Shown here: piece by piece, positions 1 through 9,709 of the stretch
Layout: each line of letters begins with the position of its first letter
Position numbering within the stretch: the stretch's first letter is position 1
Source: an uncultured Acidobacteriota bacterium
GTDB lineage: Bacteria > Acidobacteriota > Terriglobia > UBA7540
Length of the DNA stretch: 64,000 bases
Assembly (NCBI GenBank): GCA_963804995.1
Contig: CAWDSK010000006.1
Location: 1,344,001-1,408,000, forward strand
Reading direction: 5' to 3'
Notes under the pieces: model-generated
Databases searched by the model: none
The model's input: only the letters and a program-made list of their open reading frames with translations
Told to the model about the DNA's origin: nothing
Position numbers and translations under genes: made by a program

Positions 1-352
1 TAGGGAGAACGGCTTACCAAACGGCGCAGTGGCTCATTTGGGCTGCGACTCCGCAGGAGGACAGTCATAAGACTCTTGAAACTCGCAATTCTTTGGGCTT
101 TGCTGGCACCAATTGCTCGGGCCGATCCCGCAAGGTACTTCACGTTTGCGGCCTAGGTGACATCTGTCGGTTCACTTGGGAGATTCAGCGAAGGGCGTTG
201 GAGAAATTTATTTAAGTGTCGCGGGTTAGGGGCGTGGGCGACAACTTGGCCCTGTGCCCAGTACCCCCCGGACATAGTGTCGCTTTAGCTAGGAAATCTG
301 CGATATGTCATTTATAAATTGCCTTTAGTAGTTATCTGAATACTTATTTAAC

Positions 353-382
353 TTGACAATAGTTTCGCCCGACGGCTACAAT
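353..382 (+). promoter_or_regulatory. sigma70-like promoter upstream of ORF 507
   Basis: TTGACA (353-358), 18 bp, TACAAT (377-382), with an AT-rich stretch upstream. Confidence 0.6.
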
Positions 383-506
383 ACTCGGGTAATGATCGCC
401 GTACGCTACACCGGCCGTGCAATCCTTTTCCCCTACCATTACTGACGGTTCGACTGCAAGCGCCGCGGCGCCGGCAGCCCAGCCGCTGCCCAAGTGAAGG
501 AGACAA

Positions 507-1460
507 ATGAGTCTTATCAAAAGAGAAGCCAGCCCGGCGCAGTCCAGCGCCAGCCGAGCCAACAGCCTGCACTCCACCGGGCCACGCAGCGAGCGGGGCA
601 AGGCGATATCAAGTCGCAATTTACGGAAGGTGCGCCCTTTTTCCCGGACCGTGGCGCGGAGCCTGGCGGCGATTGGCGAAACTCCCCGGGATTTTGAACA
701 AATGCACCAGGCTTTGGCGGACGCCATGGCGCCGCGCGATGGTTGGGAGGCTGCATGGGTGCAAGACATCGCCATTTTGCGCTGGAGGCTGGAGCGCCTG
801 CAACGCGCGGAGGCGGGAGTGGTGGCCTTGCGACGGCGCAAGCTGGTGCACCAGCGCCGGCGCGCCACCGCCCCTCCCACCGGGTCAGCCGCCCTCGAAC
901 TTAACAGTTTGGTGGGTTTTTGTGGTTTTACCGGCCTGCCTGATTCGACGACGAAATTCCAGCAGGTGATTGCCATCCTCACCCAACTGCGCGACCTCGT
1001 CAGGATCGAAGAGCTGGAGGAAGATGCCTCCCTGTACTTCTCCCTTCTCTACGGAAAGGCGGTCGGGCCTCACGCCGCAATCCTGAAGTCCCACTTTGAG
1101 AGCACGGCCGAGAAGTGGAAACAAGGGGATTCCGAGGCCGCGGCGGCGGCGCGCAAATCAATGGCGGCTGAGCTGAACAGGGAAATCGCCGACTGGGAGC
1201 AGCTCCAATCGCTCTACGCGGTGGAACACCTGGAAGCGGACCCGCTCCGGGAGGATGCCGAGTTGCTGCTGCCCCCTCAGGAATTGGACGAAATCATCCG
1301 CTATGAAACGCACTTGGAGGATCAGATCGAACGCAAGCTGCGCCAGTTCTACGCCCGGCGACGGGAGCCCGTCCCGCGCCAGGCACAAGCGCTGCCCGCC
1401 GCAAGTGAGGGACTCGAGGCGGAGGAGTTGACCTGCCAGACCAGATCGGCGGGGGCGTAG
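507..1460 (+). CDS. uncharacterised helical protein, 'N..HSTGP....GK' family (paralogue of 57950-59101)
   Basis: AGGAG RBS; 317 aa; motifs RANSLHSTGPRSERGK, GE..DF, P....E..V..IA..RWRLERLQR, RYE..L..QI.R are shared with the ORF at 57950-59101. Confidence 0.8.
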   Translation: MSLIKREASPAQSSASRANSLHSTGPRSERGKAISSRNLRKVRPFSRTVARSLAAIGETPRDFEQMHQALADAMAPRDGWEAAWVQDIAILRWRLERLQRAEAGVVALRRRKLVHQRRRATAPPTGSAALELNSLVGFCGFTGLPDSTTKFQQVIAILTQLRDLVRIEELEEDASLYFSLLYGKAVGPHAAILKSHFESTAEKWKQGDSEAAAAARKSMAAELNREIADWEQLQSLYAVEHLEADPLREDAELLLPPQELDEIIRYETHLEDQIERKLRQFYARRREPVPRQAQALPAASEGLEAEELTCQTRSAGA

Positions 1461-1554
1461 CCTATGGCGTTCACGGACCACGAACGGATGATCCCAGAGG
1501 CTGAAAAGCACACGAATTTCATGATGACACGATGTCCATTCGGCGTGAAAAAGC

Positions 1555-1643
1555 CCAAAGCTGAGAACTTATTGAAAACAAAGGATCAGAAGAAGGGATT
1601 TTCTTGCGCCAAAGCTGAGAACATACTGAAAATAAGTGACTTA
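1555..1643 (+). repeat. AT-rich degenerate repeat array A (2 units)
   Basis: CCAAAGCTGAGAACttatTGAAAAcAAagga at 1555 and CCAAAGCTGAGAACatacTGAAAAtAAgtgactta at 1609. Confidence 0.7.
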
Positions 1644-1988
1644 CAAGACATCCAAAAAATGGAATTTGGTGCGGGCAAATTGTCATGAGCGATGGGATTG
1701 TAAAAGCGCTGCGACCGAGGATCGATGGGCTCCGGGAATTCGACCCCCGGCATCGGGAGATGCTGGTGGAAGGCACGCATTATCTGATCAACCCCGCGGC
1801 TGGGGTGGGGAGATCGTCGCCGGGGCGGCAGCCAAACTTCTCGAAGGCGGAGCACCCATTGCTTACTACGGTTATTCATCAAGAAATATTATATCAATGT
1901 GTAATACTGAGTTTTGACCGCTTGTCCGGTCCCGCTGGGGCAACGGAGGGCGCAGGACGAGGCCCATGCGCAAATCGCCCATCACCCG

Positions 1989-2858
1989 CTACGAATTCTG
2001 GTCCTCCACCAATTGCTTGGCGCGTTGGGCAGCGCGGACCACAGCCTTAATCAGGGTGACGCGCAGGCCGCCTTCCTCGAGTTCGAGCAGCCCATCGATG
2101 GTACAGCCCGCCGGCGTGGTGACCACGTCCTTCAACTTGGCCGGATGCTCTCCCGTGTGCAGGACCAGGGCGGAAGCGCCCAATAAAGTTTGAGAAACCA
2201 GTTCGGTGGAAAGGTCGCGCGGCAGGCCCAGCTTCACACCTGCCTCGGCCAGGGATTCGATAATGAGGTAAACATAGGCGGGGCCGGAAGCCGAAAGGCC
2301 GGTGATGGCGTCCATGTGTTTCTCTTCCACTTCCACGGTACGGCCCATGGCCCGGAAGATTTCCTGCGCCAGCATCACGTCGTCGGGCGTCGCATGGACA
2401 CCGGCGGCAATGGCCGTCATGCCCTGGCGAATCAGGCAGGGCGTGTTGGGCATGGCGCGAACCACGTGCGCCGGGCGCCCGAGTTCGCGCTCGATGAGCG
2501 CCGTGGTGACGGAAGCCGCGGCGGAGATGATCACCACGTCCCTGCGCAGCGCTTGCTTTATCTCGTGCAGAACGCCCTTCACCTGCTGGGGTTTTAAAAC
2601 AATCAACACCAAGTCGGCGCCCCTCACGGCCTGTATGTTGTGGGTGTGAGCTCTCACCCCGTATTTTCCGGCAAGAAACTCAGCTTGCGGGGGCTCTGCA
2701 ACGGTCACTTCCACGTCCTCAACGGGAATGAGCTGCGAACCCAGGATACCGGAAAGCAGCGCCTCCCCCAACTTCCCGCAGCCAATCAGCGCCAGCTTTT
2801 TGACGCGGCTTTGAAAGTCACGCACGCCTCGAACGTGCTTGGATTCGGTGGTTTTCAT
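1989..2858 (-). CDS. proC: pyrroline-5-carboxylate reductase
   Basis: GCGKLG Rossmann motif, RAMPNTP, SASGPAY, VTTPAGCT. Confidence 0.95.
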   Translation of the reverse strand: MKTTESKHVRGVRDFQSRVKKLALIGCGKLGEALLSGILGSQLIPVEDVEVTVAEPPQAEFLAGKYGVRAHTHNIQAVRGADLVLIVLKPQQVKGVLHEIKQALRRDVVIISAAASVTTALIERELGRPAHVVRAMPNTPCLIRQGMTAIAAGVHATPDDVMLAQEIFRAMGRTVEVEEKHMDAITGLSASGPAYVYLIIESLAEAGVKLGLPRDLSTELVSQTLLGASALVLHTGEHPAKLKDVVTTPAGCTIDGLLELEEGGLRVTLIKAVVRAAQRAKQLVEDQNS

Positions 2859-2872
2859 TGTAGGCCTCTTGG

Positions 2873-3027
2873 GATTGTCGATTTACCATTGCCGATTGAC
2901 GATGGCCGATTGACGATTGCGAACGATCATCAACTGACCATCGAGAATCGGCGATTATAGGTGATCAAGGCATGGAGGCATTGCCGATTTCGTTCAATCG
3001 ACAATCGACCATCGGCAATCGGCAATT
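2873..3027. repeat. gene-less inverted pair of 7-mer arrays (GATTGnC / GnCAATC)
   Basis: gattgccgattgacgatggccgattgacg-type run opposed by caatcgacaatcgaccatcggcaatcggc between proC and ilvC. Confidence 0.7.
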
Positions 3028-3029
3028 TC

Positions 3030-4064
3030 TCATTCCCTCGCCGCCGCTTGCGCCGCGGTAACTTCTTGCTTGGAGGTGGAAATCCACGGCATCATCTTGC
3101 GCAGCTCGCTTCCCACTTTCTCGATGAGGTGGGCGGAAGCTTTGGCGCGCATTTCCAGGAAGTGCTGGCGGCCTTTGGCGTTTTCATCCATCCACTCTTT
3201 GGCGAAGGAGCCGTCCTGCACGCTGGCCAGGACTTGCTTCATGGTTTCGCGCACGTGGGCGTCAATCACCTCAGGCCCGCGAGTGTAGTCGCCGTATTCC
3301 GCGGTGTCGCTTACCGAGTAGCGCATGTACTTGATGCCACCCTGGTAGATGAGGTCGACAATCAGCTTCAGCTCATGCAGGCATTCGAAGTAAGCAATCT
3401 CCGGTTGGTAGCCGGCTTCGACCAGCGTTTCAAACGCGGTGGTGATAAGGGCTGAGACTCCACCGCACAGCACCGTCTGCTCGCCGAAGAGGTCGGTTTC
3501 TGTCTCTTCCTTGAATGTGGTGCGAATCACGCCCGCTTTGAGCGAACCGAGGGCCTTGGCGTAAGCCAAGCCGGTGGCCTCAGCGTGGCCGGAAGCGTCC
3601 TGCTCAATCGCGAGCAGCGCAGGCACGCCGACGCCCTCGGTAAAGAGTTCGCGCAGGCGATGCCCGGGGCACTTGGGCGCAATCATGATCACGTCCACCG
3701 AGGGGGGAGGAACGATGAACTTGTAGTGAATGTTGAACCCGTGGGCAAACACCAGGGTTTTACCAGGTCCAAGGTGCGGAGCGATCGCCTCCTGGTAAAT
3801 CTTCGCCTGGATGGGATCAGGGATGAGGATGACGAGCAGGTCGGCGCGCTTGGCGGCTTCTGACGCATCATAGACCTCGAAGCCTGCGTCTTTTGCCTTG
3901 GTGCGGGGCGGGTCGCCCATGCGCTCGGCAACGATCACCTTCACGCCGCTGTCGCGCAGATTCAATGCGTGGGCATGCCCCTGACTGCCATAGCCGATAA
4001 TGGCCACTGTCTTTCCCGCCAGATTCTTCAGATCACCGTCTTTCTCATAGTAGACTTTAGCCAT
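3030..4064 (-). CDS. ilvC: ketol-acid reductoisomerase
   Basis: [38 protein letters not shown]. Confidence 0.97.
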   Translation of the reverse strand: MAKVYYEKDGDLKNLAGKTVAIIGYGSQGHAHALNLRDSGVKVIVAERMGDPPRTKAKDAGFEVYDASEAAKRADLLVILIPDPIQAKIYQEAIAPHLGPGKTLVFAHGFNIHYKFIVPPPSVDVIMIAPKCPGHRLRELFTEGVGVPALLAIEQDASGHAEATGLAYAKALGSLKAGVIRTTFKEETETDLFGEQTVLCGGVSALITTAFETLVEAGYQPEIAYFECLHELKLIVDLIYQGGIKYMRYSVSDTAEYGDYTRGPEVIDAHVRETMKQVLASVQDGSFAKEWMDENAKGRQHFLEMRAKASAHLIEKVGSELRKMMPWISTSKQEVTAAQAAARE

Positions 4065-4121
4065 AGTTCTCTAATCCTTTTTCGATAATGGAATTTGGAA
4101 TCCTGAATTATACACCAAGAG

Positions 4122-4205
4122 CAGGAGTCAGGAGTTAGGAGTCAGAAGTTACGCATCAGGAGGGGAGAGATTATTCTGACTCCTAGCTTCCAGCTCCTGA
4201 CTCCT
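4122..4205. repeat. gene-less inverted pair of 7-mer arrays (AGGAGTC / GACTCCT)
   Basis: caggagtcaggagttaggagtcagaa ... ttctgactcctagcttccagctcctgactcct. Confidence 0.75.
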
Positions 4206-4211
4206 TCTTTG

Positions 4212-4706
4212 TCATGCCTGCGCGGCAACCAGCACCGGGCGCGGCACGTTTCGGGTGGTCTTCACACAGGCGAAAGGCAGGGCCTCCGGCATGCCGAAGA
4301 CCGGCGCGGCGGTTTGCCGGCGGCTTTCCGCAGGAACCTCGAGGAGGTATTTTCCGTGACTGGCAAAAATCAGTGTGGAGCCTGGAAAAGTCTTGAGGAT
4401 GTCGGCCACGCGCGAAGTGTCCTCCTGGGCGTCAATAAAAACGAACGCGGCGTTGAGAGAGGTGTTGTGGCGGTAACAACTGACGCGCTGCACGCCTTCG
4501 ACGCGGCGCAGAAAATTGAAGAGGTGATCAACGTCCGGCTCCAACGATTCCAGCACGGCCATCATGGAAAAGCCGTTGGGCCGCGTGGCCAGGGCGAGAG
4601 TCACAATCTTCATACCCTTGCGGCGAAAAACATTCATCAGCCGGCAAGTCACAATCAAGTCCTGTTCGGTTTCAAGCGTGATGAGCCACTGCATGGTGAA
4701 CTCCAA
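4212..4706 (-). CDS. ACT-domain protein, probable acetolactate synthase regulatory subunit with C-terminal extension
   Basis: RLMNVFRRKG ACT-like N-terminus; lies between ilvB and ilvC. Confidence 0.65.
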   Translation of the reverse strand: MEFTMQWLITLETEQDLIVTCRLMNVFRRKGMKIVTLALATRPNGFSMMAVLESLEPDVDHLFNFLRRVEGVQRVSCYRHNTSLNAAFVFIDAQEDTSRVADILKTFPGSTLIFASHGKYLLEVPAESRRQTAAPVFGMPEALPFACVKTTRNVPRPVLVAAQA

Positions 4707-4709
4707 GTA

Positions 4710-4869
4710 CCAGGTGTCGGGTGTCAGGTGCTGGGTTCTAGAAACCGGGTTGGGTAATTTACGAAGGTTAAAGGATAAAGGGTAAAGTATGAAGCCATCT
4801 GTCCTTTATCCTTTACCCTTTACATTTTACACTTATTTTATCCACCAACCCCCAGTACCTAGCACCCAG
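4710..4869. repeat. nested inverted 7-mer arrays
   Basis: outer caggtgtcgggtgtcaggtgctgggt / cccagtacctagcacccag; inner aaaggataaagggtaaag / ctttatcctttaccctt. Confidence 0.65.
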
Positions 4870-6612
4870 TCACACCGCCCACAAATCATCCAACGCTTCT
4901 TCTTCCACCTGAACTCGCGGTGGTTCGACCACCATCTCCGCCAGCGCTGCGCCGGGGGGAACGATGGGATAAACGTTTTCCGCCGGGTCCACCCAGAAAT
5001 CGATCAGGCGCGGCTCACGGTCGGCGAGGAAATCCTCCACTGCGTCCGCCACGTCGGAGCGGTGCTCGACGCGCGCGCCGCGAATGCCATAAGCATCCGC
5101 CAGCTTGACGAAGTCCGGCGCGAAGTTGAGATCGATGTCGCAATAGCGTTTCTCAAAGAAAATCTCCTGCCACTGGCGCACCATGCCAAGCGCGCGGTTA
5201 TTGATGATGGCGATTTTGACCGGCACCCGGTATTGCACCACGGTAGCGAGATCGTTCAGCGTCATCTGAAAGCCGCCGTCACCCACGATGGCCACCACCT
5301 GGCGATCCGGGAAGGCCATCTGCGCGCCCATAGCGGCTGGGAAGCCGTAACCCATCGACCCCAGGCCGCTCGAGGAGAGCCAGGTGCGCGGCTGCGTGAA
5401 GTTATAGAACTGCGCGGTCCACATCTGATGCTGCCCCACGTCCACGGATATGATGGCGTCTTCCGCGGCGCGCTGGGCAATGGACTCAATTACAAACTGG
5501 GGCTTCACCGTATTCGCATACTTGTCATAGGTCAGCGGATGCTCGCCGCGCCAGGATTCGATGCGTTGCAGCCACTGCTGACGCGCCGGGGTGGGAGCCG
5601 CCTTCCGCCGCTTCAAAACATCCACCAGCGCCCGCAGCGCTTCCCGCGCGTCGCCGACCACAGAGAGGTCAACCGCCACGTTCTTGTTGACCTCGGAAGG
5701 GTCAACATCAAAGTGGATTTTCTTCGAGTGCGTGGCGAAACCGTTCAGGCGCCCCGTCACGCGGTCATCAAATCGCGCTCCAATGGCCACCAGCAGGTCG
5801 CAATTGCAGATCGCCATGTTGGTGGAATACGAGCCGTGCATGCCCAGCATCCCGAGCGACAGGGGATGGCGGGAAGGAAACGCGCCCAACCCCATCAGGG
5901 TTGTGGTGACCGGGATATGCGTCAACTCCGCCAACTCGCGAAGCTCCAGCCAGGCGTCGGAGGCAATCGCTCCGCCGCCTACGTAAAGGACCGCCCGGCG
6001 GGATTCGAGAATCATATCCGCGGCGCGTTCAAGGTCGGCGTCCGTAAACTCGCGCAACCGCTCAGGCGGCGTCACACCCAGCGTGGACGGGTAGTTGGGC
6101 TCCGCTGTTTCCATGAGCACGTTCTTGGGGAGATCAATCAGCACCGGCCCCGGCCGTCCGGAGACCGACGTGCGGAAAGCCCGATCGATAATGCGGGGAA
6201 TGTCCGCGGCAGAGCGAATCGAGAATGACTGCTTGGTGCAAGGGAGGCTGATGCCGACGATATCAGCTTCCTGAAAACCGTCCTTCCCAATCAACGCCAT
6301 CGGGACCTGGCCCGCCAAGGCAACGACGGGGATGGAATCCATCATGGCCGAGGTCAATCCGGTGATCAGGTTGGTGGCGCCCGGGCCGGAAGTTCCCAAA
6401 CACACCCCCGGCTTGCCGGTCACGCGCGCGTAGCCGTCGGCGGCGAAAGCCGCGGCCTGCTCGTGCCGCACCAGCAGGTGGCGAATGCCCGCACTGTAAA
6501 GGGCGTCGTAAAGAGGAAGGACCGTGCCGCCCGGGAGGCCAAAGAAGACATCGACATTTTGGCGCTTCAAACTTTCGAGCAGGATTTCGGAACCGGAAAT
6601 AGACTTTCCCAT
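4870..6612 (-). CDS. ilvB: acetolactate synthase large subunit
   Basis: RHEQAAAFAADGYAR, TSGPGATN, RFDDRV, GDGGFQM ThDP motif; ATG start chosen at 6612. Confidence 0.96.
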   Translation of the reverse strand: MGKSISGSEILLESLKRQNVDVFFGLPGGTVLPLYDALYSAGIRHLLVRHEQAAAFAADGYARVTGKPGVCLGTSGPGATNLITGLTSAMMDSIPVVALAGQVPMALIGKDGFQEADIVGISLPCTKQSFSIRSAADIPRIIDRAFRTSVSGRPGPVLIDLPKNVLMETAEPNYPSTLGVTPPERLREFTDADLERAADMILESRRAVLYVGGGAIASDAWLELRELAELTHIPVTTTLMGLGAFPSRHPLSLGMLGMHGSYSTNMAICNCDLLVAIGARFDDRVTGRLNGFATHSKKIHFDVDPSEVNKNVAVDLSVVGDAREALRALVDVLKRRKAAPTPARQQWLQRIESWRGEHPLTYDKYANTVKPQFVIESIAQRAAEDAIISVDVGQHQMWTAQFYNFTQPRTWLSSSGLGSMGYGFPAAMGAQMAFPDRQVVAIVGDGGFQMTLNDLATVVQYRVPVKIAIINNRALGMVRQWQEIFFEKRYCDIDLNFAPDFVKLADAYGIRGARVEHRSDVADAVEDFLADREPRLIDFWVDPAENVYPIVPPGAALAEMVVEPPRVQVEEEALDDLWAV

Positions 6613-6771
6613 ATTTGCACTCTCAACGCCTGGCCGCACCAAACAACCGACCAGTCGGTAGGTAAATTAGCACGGCGGCCCTCCGGCGTCAACTCCTAAT
6701 TCGACAGAAATTCAGATCCGCATGAGTCGGGATTTTTGGGGGGGAGCCAAACCGCCGTCCGCGTCCTAGAA

Positions 6772-6858
6772 CCCCCTCACCCGTCCCGCCCCGGCTGGTG
6801 AAAGCGCCGGCTGCGGTCCATCCTCTCCCCCAAAGGGGCGAGGGTAGTAAATTCAAAT
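6772..6858 (-). repeat. REP-like multi-hairpin element R1 (same family as the DUF559 flanks)
   Basis: reverse complement of the element at 46616-46699. Confidence 0.8.
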
Positions 6859-6964
6859 CTCCACTCTCCATCGGTCGCCGCGGCGAGAGAGGGGCCGGGT
6901 GGGGTCGCCCATGAACGAATTGATCACAAATTTCCTCAAATCCCTTATGTGAACACTATTCGGG

Positions 6965-7801
6965 CTACCGCAGCCACTCCTCCAGGCGCACAGCCTGATC
7001 GGTTTTCTCATCCCGGTACTTGATGATGACCGGTGTGTAGAGGGAAATGCCCAACTCCTTGCCGCGGCCTTTGGTGACGGCGCGTGCGCCGGGGACAACC
7101 ACTGCGCCCTCGGGAATCCGCAACGGCATCTCTCCGTCGCGGCGATGCACGGTATCACGCACCAGGTCGTAGACGGGCGTCGAACCTGTGAGGATGGCGC
7201 CGGCGGCAAGCACGGCTCCCTTCCCCACTATCGTGCCTTCATACACGCCGCAGTTGCCGCCCACCAGCACCTCATCCTCGATGATCACCGGCAAGGCGCC
7301 AATGGGCTCCAGCACTCCGCCGATTTGCGCCGCGGCGCTGATGTGGACGCGCTTGCCCACTTGCGCGCAGGAACCCACCAGGGCGTGTGAGTCAATCATG
7401 GTGCCGTCGTCCACGTAAGCGCCCGCGTTCACGAACATGGGCGGCATGCAGGTCACGTTCTTGCCGATGTAGCAGCCATCGCGAATCGAGGAGCCACCCG
7501 GCACGACGCGGATGTTCTGGCCGTCCGGAAGCTGCTTCAAGGGATAGGTGTGCTTGTCGCGGAATTGCAGATCGCTCGGCGGCATCGCTGCCACACGCCC
7601 GATGCGGAACCCCAGCAGGATGCCTTTCTTGACCCAGCCATTCACCTTCCATCCCGTGGGCGAGGAGGCGTCGGGTTCAGCGGCGCGAATGCGGCCCTCA
7701 TTCAGCGCAGCCTTGAATTCGTCGAAAACGCTGAAATACTCCTCACCAAATTCTTTTGTTTCTCGCGCGTACAGTTCTTCAATTTTGGTTTGCAGTTCCA
7801 T
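6965..7801 (-). CDS. dapD: tetrahydrodipicolinate N-succinyltransferase
   Basis: WVKKGILL, RVVPGG, VGSCAQVG, IGGVLEP hexapeptide repeats. Confidence 0.95.
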   Translation of the reverse strand: MELQTKIEELYARETKEFGEEYFSVFDEFKAALNEGRIRAAEPDASSPTGWKVNGWVKKGILLGFRIGRVAAMPPSDLQFRDKHTYPLKQLPDGQNIRVVPGGSSIRDGCYIGKNVTCMPPMFVNAGAYVDDGTMIDSHALVGSCAQVGKRVHISAAAQIGGVLEPIGALPVIIEDEVLVGGNCGVYEGTIVGKGAVLAAGAILTGSTPVYDLVRDTVHRRDGEMPLRIPEGAVVVPGARAVTKGRGKELGISLYTPVIIKYRDEKTDQAVRLEEWLR

Positions 7802-7820
7802 TTTACCTTTCTGTTCTGAT

Positions 7821-7904
7821 CTACAGGCCTAGCACCAGGCGCATTCCGGCATCGACTTGATAAGTCAGAAGTGATGCGCGCCAAATTTCACCGCACCGAA
7901 TCAC
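7821..7904 (-). pseudogene. remnant of MazF/PemK-type toxin (N-terminus only)
   Basis: GTG overlapping the antitoxin stop reads VIRCGEIWRASL, like MazF-family starts, then stops after 27 codons. Confidence 0.55.
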
Positions 7905-8138
7905 CAGTCCTCCCGACCCAGCGCCGTCGCCTGCAACTGAGCGATCACGGGATCTAGTTCCGATGACTCTGTCTTGTAAACCTCGTCCAGCGCTTCCTTA
8001 ATTCCTTTTGACCTGTGGCGCTTGACGTAATCTTCCAAGGCTCTTACATAGAGCTGACTGCGCGGAATATGCAGCCGCTTCGAGAGCCGCTCAACCTCAT
8101 GGAAGAGAGGGTCGGGTATGGAGACGGACGTTCTTCAT
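7901..8138 (-). pseudogene. ribbon-helix-helix antitoxin (ChpI/MazE-like), +1 frameshift after codon 2
   Basis: ATG AAG (A) ACG...: MK-TSVSIPDPLFHEVERLSKRLHIPRSQLYVRALEDY...LDPVIAQLQATALGREDW; not present in the ORF track. Confidence 0.7.
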
Positions 8139-8324
8139 GGCTGTAGTATAACCGGGGACGTAACGGAACTCGATTTGATAATCCTCCGACTCCCTTTCTC
8201 TTCCCTGCTTCCGGCATACCGTGCTTCCCGGGCGTGAAGTGAGGCTTGTGGGTACGAGAAAAGCGATAACATTTGGCCCTAATACCGATAAGCGGCTCAT
8301 CGCTATCGTCTCGCGTATAGTCGA

Positions 8325-8637
8325 TAACTCCATTTCTTTTCATCAACATAATGGCTTTACAATTATAACTAGCTTATTTTTCATAAACATCATGGGTTAG
8401 CGCAAAACTGACATTTTTTCTACATGTGTTTTCAACAACATGATGGGTTCATCCTTCATTTTTAATTCCCCCTTTTTTGCTGCACCCACTCCGGCGGATC
8501 GAACTAAGTTACTTAATTTCAAATACATAGGAGTTATGACATTTTTGCCATTTTACCGCTAAGTACTTTTGTTTTCTAATACATCATGGGTTAGAAGGTT
8601 CTTTTCGCTCGCTTCCCAGGGTTCCATTTTGCGCTCT
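8325..8637 (-). repeat. AT-rich degenerate repeat array B (5 units)
   Basis: reverse complement is colinear with 33861-34173, e.g. AGAGCGCAAAATGGAA.CCTGGGAAGCGAGCGA and GGGGGAATTAAAAATGAAGG. Confidence 0.9.
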
Positions 8638-8732
8638 CGGCGAAAAAGAGATTCACCACTGAGGTCACAGAGAACACAGAGAAACAGCCTCCTGTTTCGC
8701 CCCATTTCACCAGGGCGCTTCCGTCCCCTACA

Positions 8733-8827
8733 ATGGTAACATTTCTCGAATGGGTAATGTCAAGACAAGAACTTACGATTTGGGCTACCGGTAGCCCAAA
8801 AATGCGAGCCAGGCAGCTAATTGTCCG
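8733..8827 (-). promoter_or_regulatory. palindrome plus promoter module B
   Basis: GGACAATTAG; GGGCTACCGGTAGCCC at 8782-8797; 18 bp; TTGACA at 8763-8758; 19 bp; TACCAT preceded by TG. Confidence 0.75.
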
Positions 8828-8878
8828 AGAATTTTACTGTGGTGGAAAGCCCACAGAAAGCAAAATGTATGCCCCGCC

Positions 8879-9440
8879 CTACGACCCCCTCCTGCCCCCA
8901 AGCAGGCGTTCGAAGTCTGTCTTTAGCCCGCTTACCAATTCTTCATTCACCGAGCCGCACAGGGGCACAGGATCACCCGAATTCCTCTGGAGGTAGAGCA
9001 CATACTGCGGATAGCTGACCCTCCCGGTGGGGTAAGATTCCACTTTTACGTTGAAGCCTTGAATTTCCGACCAGGGAATGACGAATTCCGGTCCGCCGCC
9101 GCGATACTTGAAGAATTGAACCTCCCCAGCGCCCTTGGGCACTTCGATGCGCGGCATGCCTCGCAAGTAGCGAATCAGGATGTACCAAAGCAGCACCGCG
9201 AAGATCCCAGTGGCATATTTGGCGTAGGTGTAGAACAGTCCTCCGTGCGGGTTGGGAAACCCATACCAGGCAAGAAAGGACAGGCCGCCGCCACCGACCA
9301 CCAGGATAAAGAGCGACGAAGAAGTACTCGCCGGGATCGAGCCGGATGACCATGCGATCCTCCAGCCGCCGCACCTGAAGGCTATTGTCGCTGCCCATCA
9401 GCCCGACATACGGTTTGGGAAGGGTTGTGATCACGGGCAT
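8879..9440 (-). CDS. hypothetical membrane protein split by a +1 frameshift near 9309
   Basis: ORF 9440-> (MPVITTLPK...FFVAL) joins ORF ->8879 (ILVVGGGGLSFLAW...) if one T is removed from gctctttatc; two hydrophobic helices. Confidence 0.55.
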
Positions 9441-9709
9441 GGATCTGCCAGGAACTTCAAGTTTCGAGCGGGCAGGATACCACACCCCCCAAGTCAGGTG
9501 TATGGCTTGGATTGTCCTTCAGGCAGGAGTCGCCAATGCTGGGAGCGTGCACGCGAAGAGCCCCGACCTGCGCGCCTCTTCCGGCAGTCCGTTCACGAGG
9601 CGGGCGGGGGCCACCTGGGAGTTCTGACCTTTACGTTTTGCGTTTGGCGATTTGACCTGTGCGTGAGGCCGAGCGCCGCTCGGCCCTACGCCACGATCGC
9701 AATGTGAGC

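Noticed and set aside
4789..6228. 479-aa plus-strand ORF and similar antisense ORFs across the window
   Set aside because: Antisense to well-supported genes; expected in GC-rich coding DNA.
6962..6975. Fifth copy of the GGGCTACC palindrome
   Set aside because: Half match only, overlaps the dapD stop, and has no GRCAATT box or -35.
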